From assembly GCA_051117555.1 (NCBI GenBank), contig JBNPEG010000244.1, forward strand, positions 2,340 to 19,209: DNA of 16,870 bases, read 5' to 3'. The translations under genes and the position numbers were made by a program. This document shows, in pieces, positions 16,743 to 16,870 of this stretch (the first letter of the stretch is position 1; the number at the start of each line of letters is the position of its first letter). Below the pieces are notes generated by a model that had not been told where the DNA came from, ran no database searches, and saw only the letters and a program-made list of their open reading frames with translations. The DNA is from Elainellaceae cyanobacterium. GTDB lineage: Bacteria > Cyanobacteriota > Cyanobacteriia > CAZCXK01.

Positions 16743-16870
16743 TTGGCGCAGCAAGTCTAAAAGGTTGGGTGGGGATAAAGGTGACGCAGCTTGATTCTGG
16801 CGTCTTGAGTGGTGAAGCGCCAGACGACTCCGGCTTGTTCCCAATTGCGTTGCTTTTGCCAAGCTGCTAG
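16743..16870 (-). mobile_element. IS630-family insertion sequence, transposase-distal end (partial)
   Basis: Transposase stop lies 14 nt from a TA (16741-16742), the IS630 target dinucleotide. Putative TIR begins TTGGCGCAGCAAG. Confidence 0.75.
16757..16870 (-). CDS. IS630 family transposase, C-terminal 37 aa (partial)
   Basis: LAAWQKQRNWEQAGVVWRFTTQDARIKLRHLYPHPTF*, matching the W..RN...W.FTT.DAR.KL..LYP C-terminal motif of IS630 transposases. Confidence 0.88.
   Translation of the reverse strand, partial: LAAWQKQRNWEQAGVVWRFTTQDARIKLRHLYPHPTF

Overview
Cyanobacterial chromosomal window: about 18 HIP1 GCGATCGC octamers, plus psbO, sigF and clpP. It holds mostly conserved genes: an MBL-fold hydrolase, a secreted Ig-like protein, a three-gene polar amino-acid ABC transporter, a DUF2927 protein, an AI-2E transporter, a DUF4327 protein, sigF, psbO, clpP, a TerC protein and several conserved hypotheticals. 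Things the ORF track does not show: (1) an SDH-family Clp-fold serine protease pseudogene with a frameshifting internal deletion of its catalytic core (6517-6920); (2) the 3' end of an IS630 transposase with a TA target just after terC; (3) a perfect cyanobacterial LexA box next to a -10 element upstream of the DUF2927 gene; (4) a dense hairpin cluster at about 6290-6435 (sRNA/attenuator or IS200/IS605-end remnant); (5) a ~195-bp fold-back element between psbO and sigF; (6) a hypothetical protein whose N-terminus has a Rad52/Sak-like pattern. I see no unambiguous new multi-gene system. The best candidates are the 6130-6440 regulatory region and the possible Rad52-like protein. Family calls are from motif recognition, not database searches.
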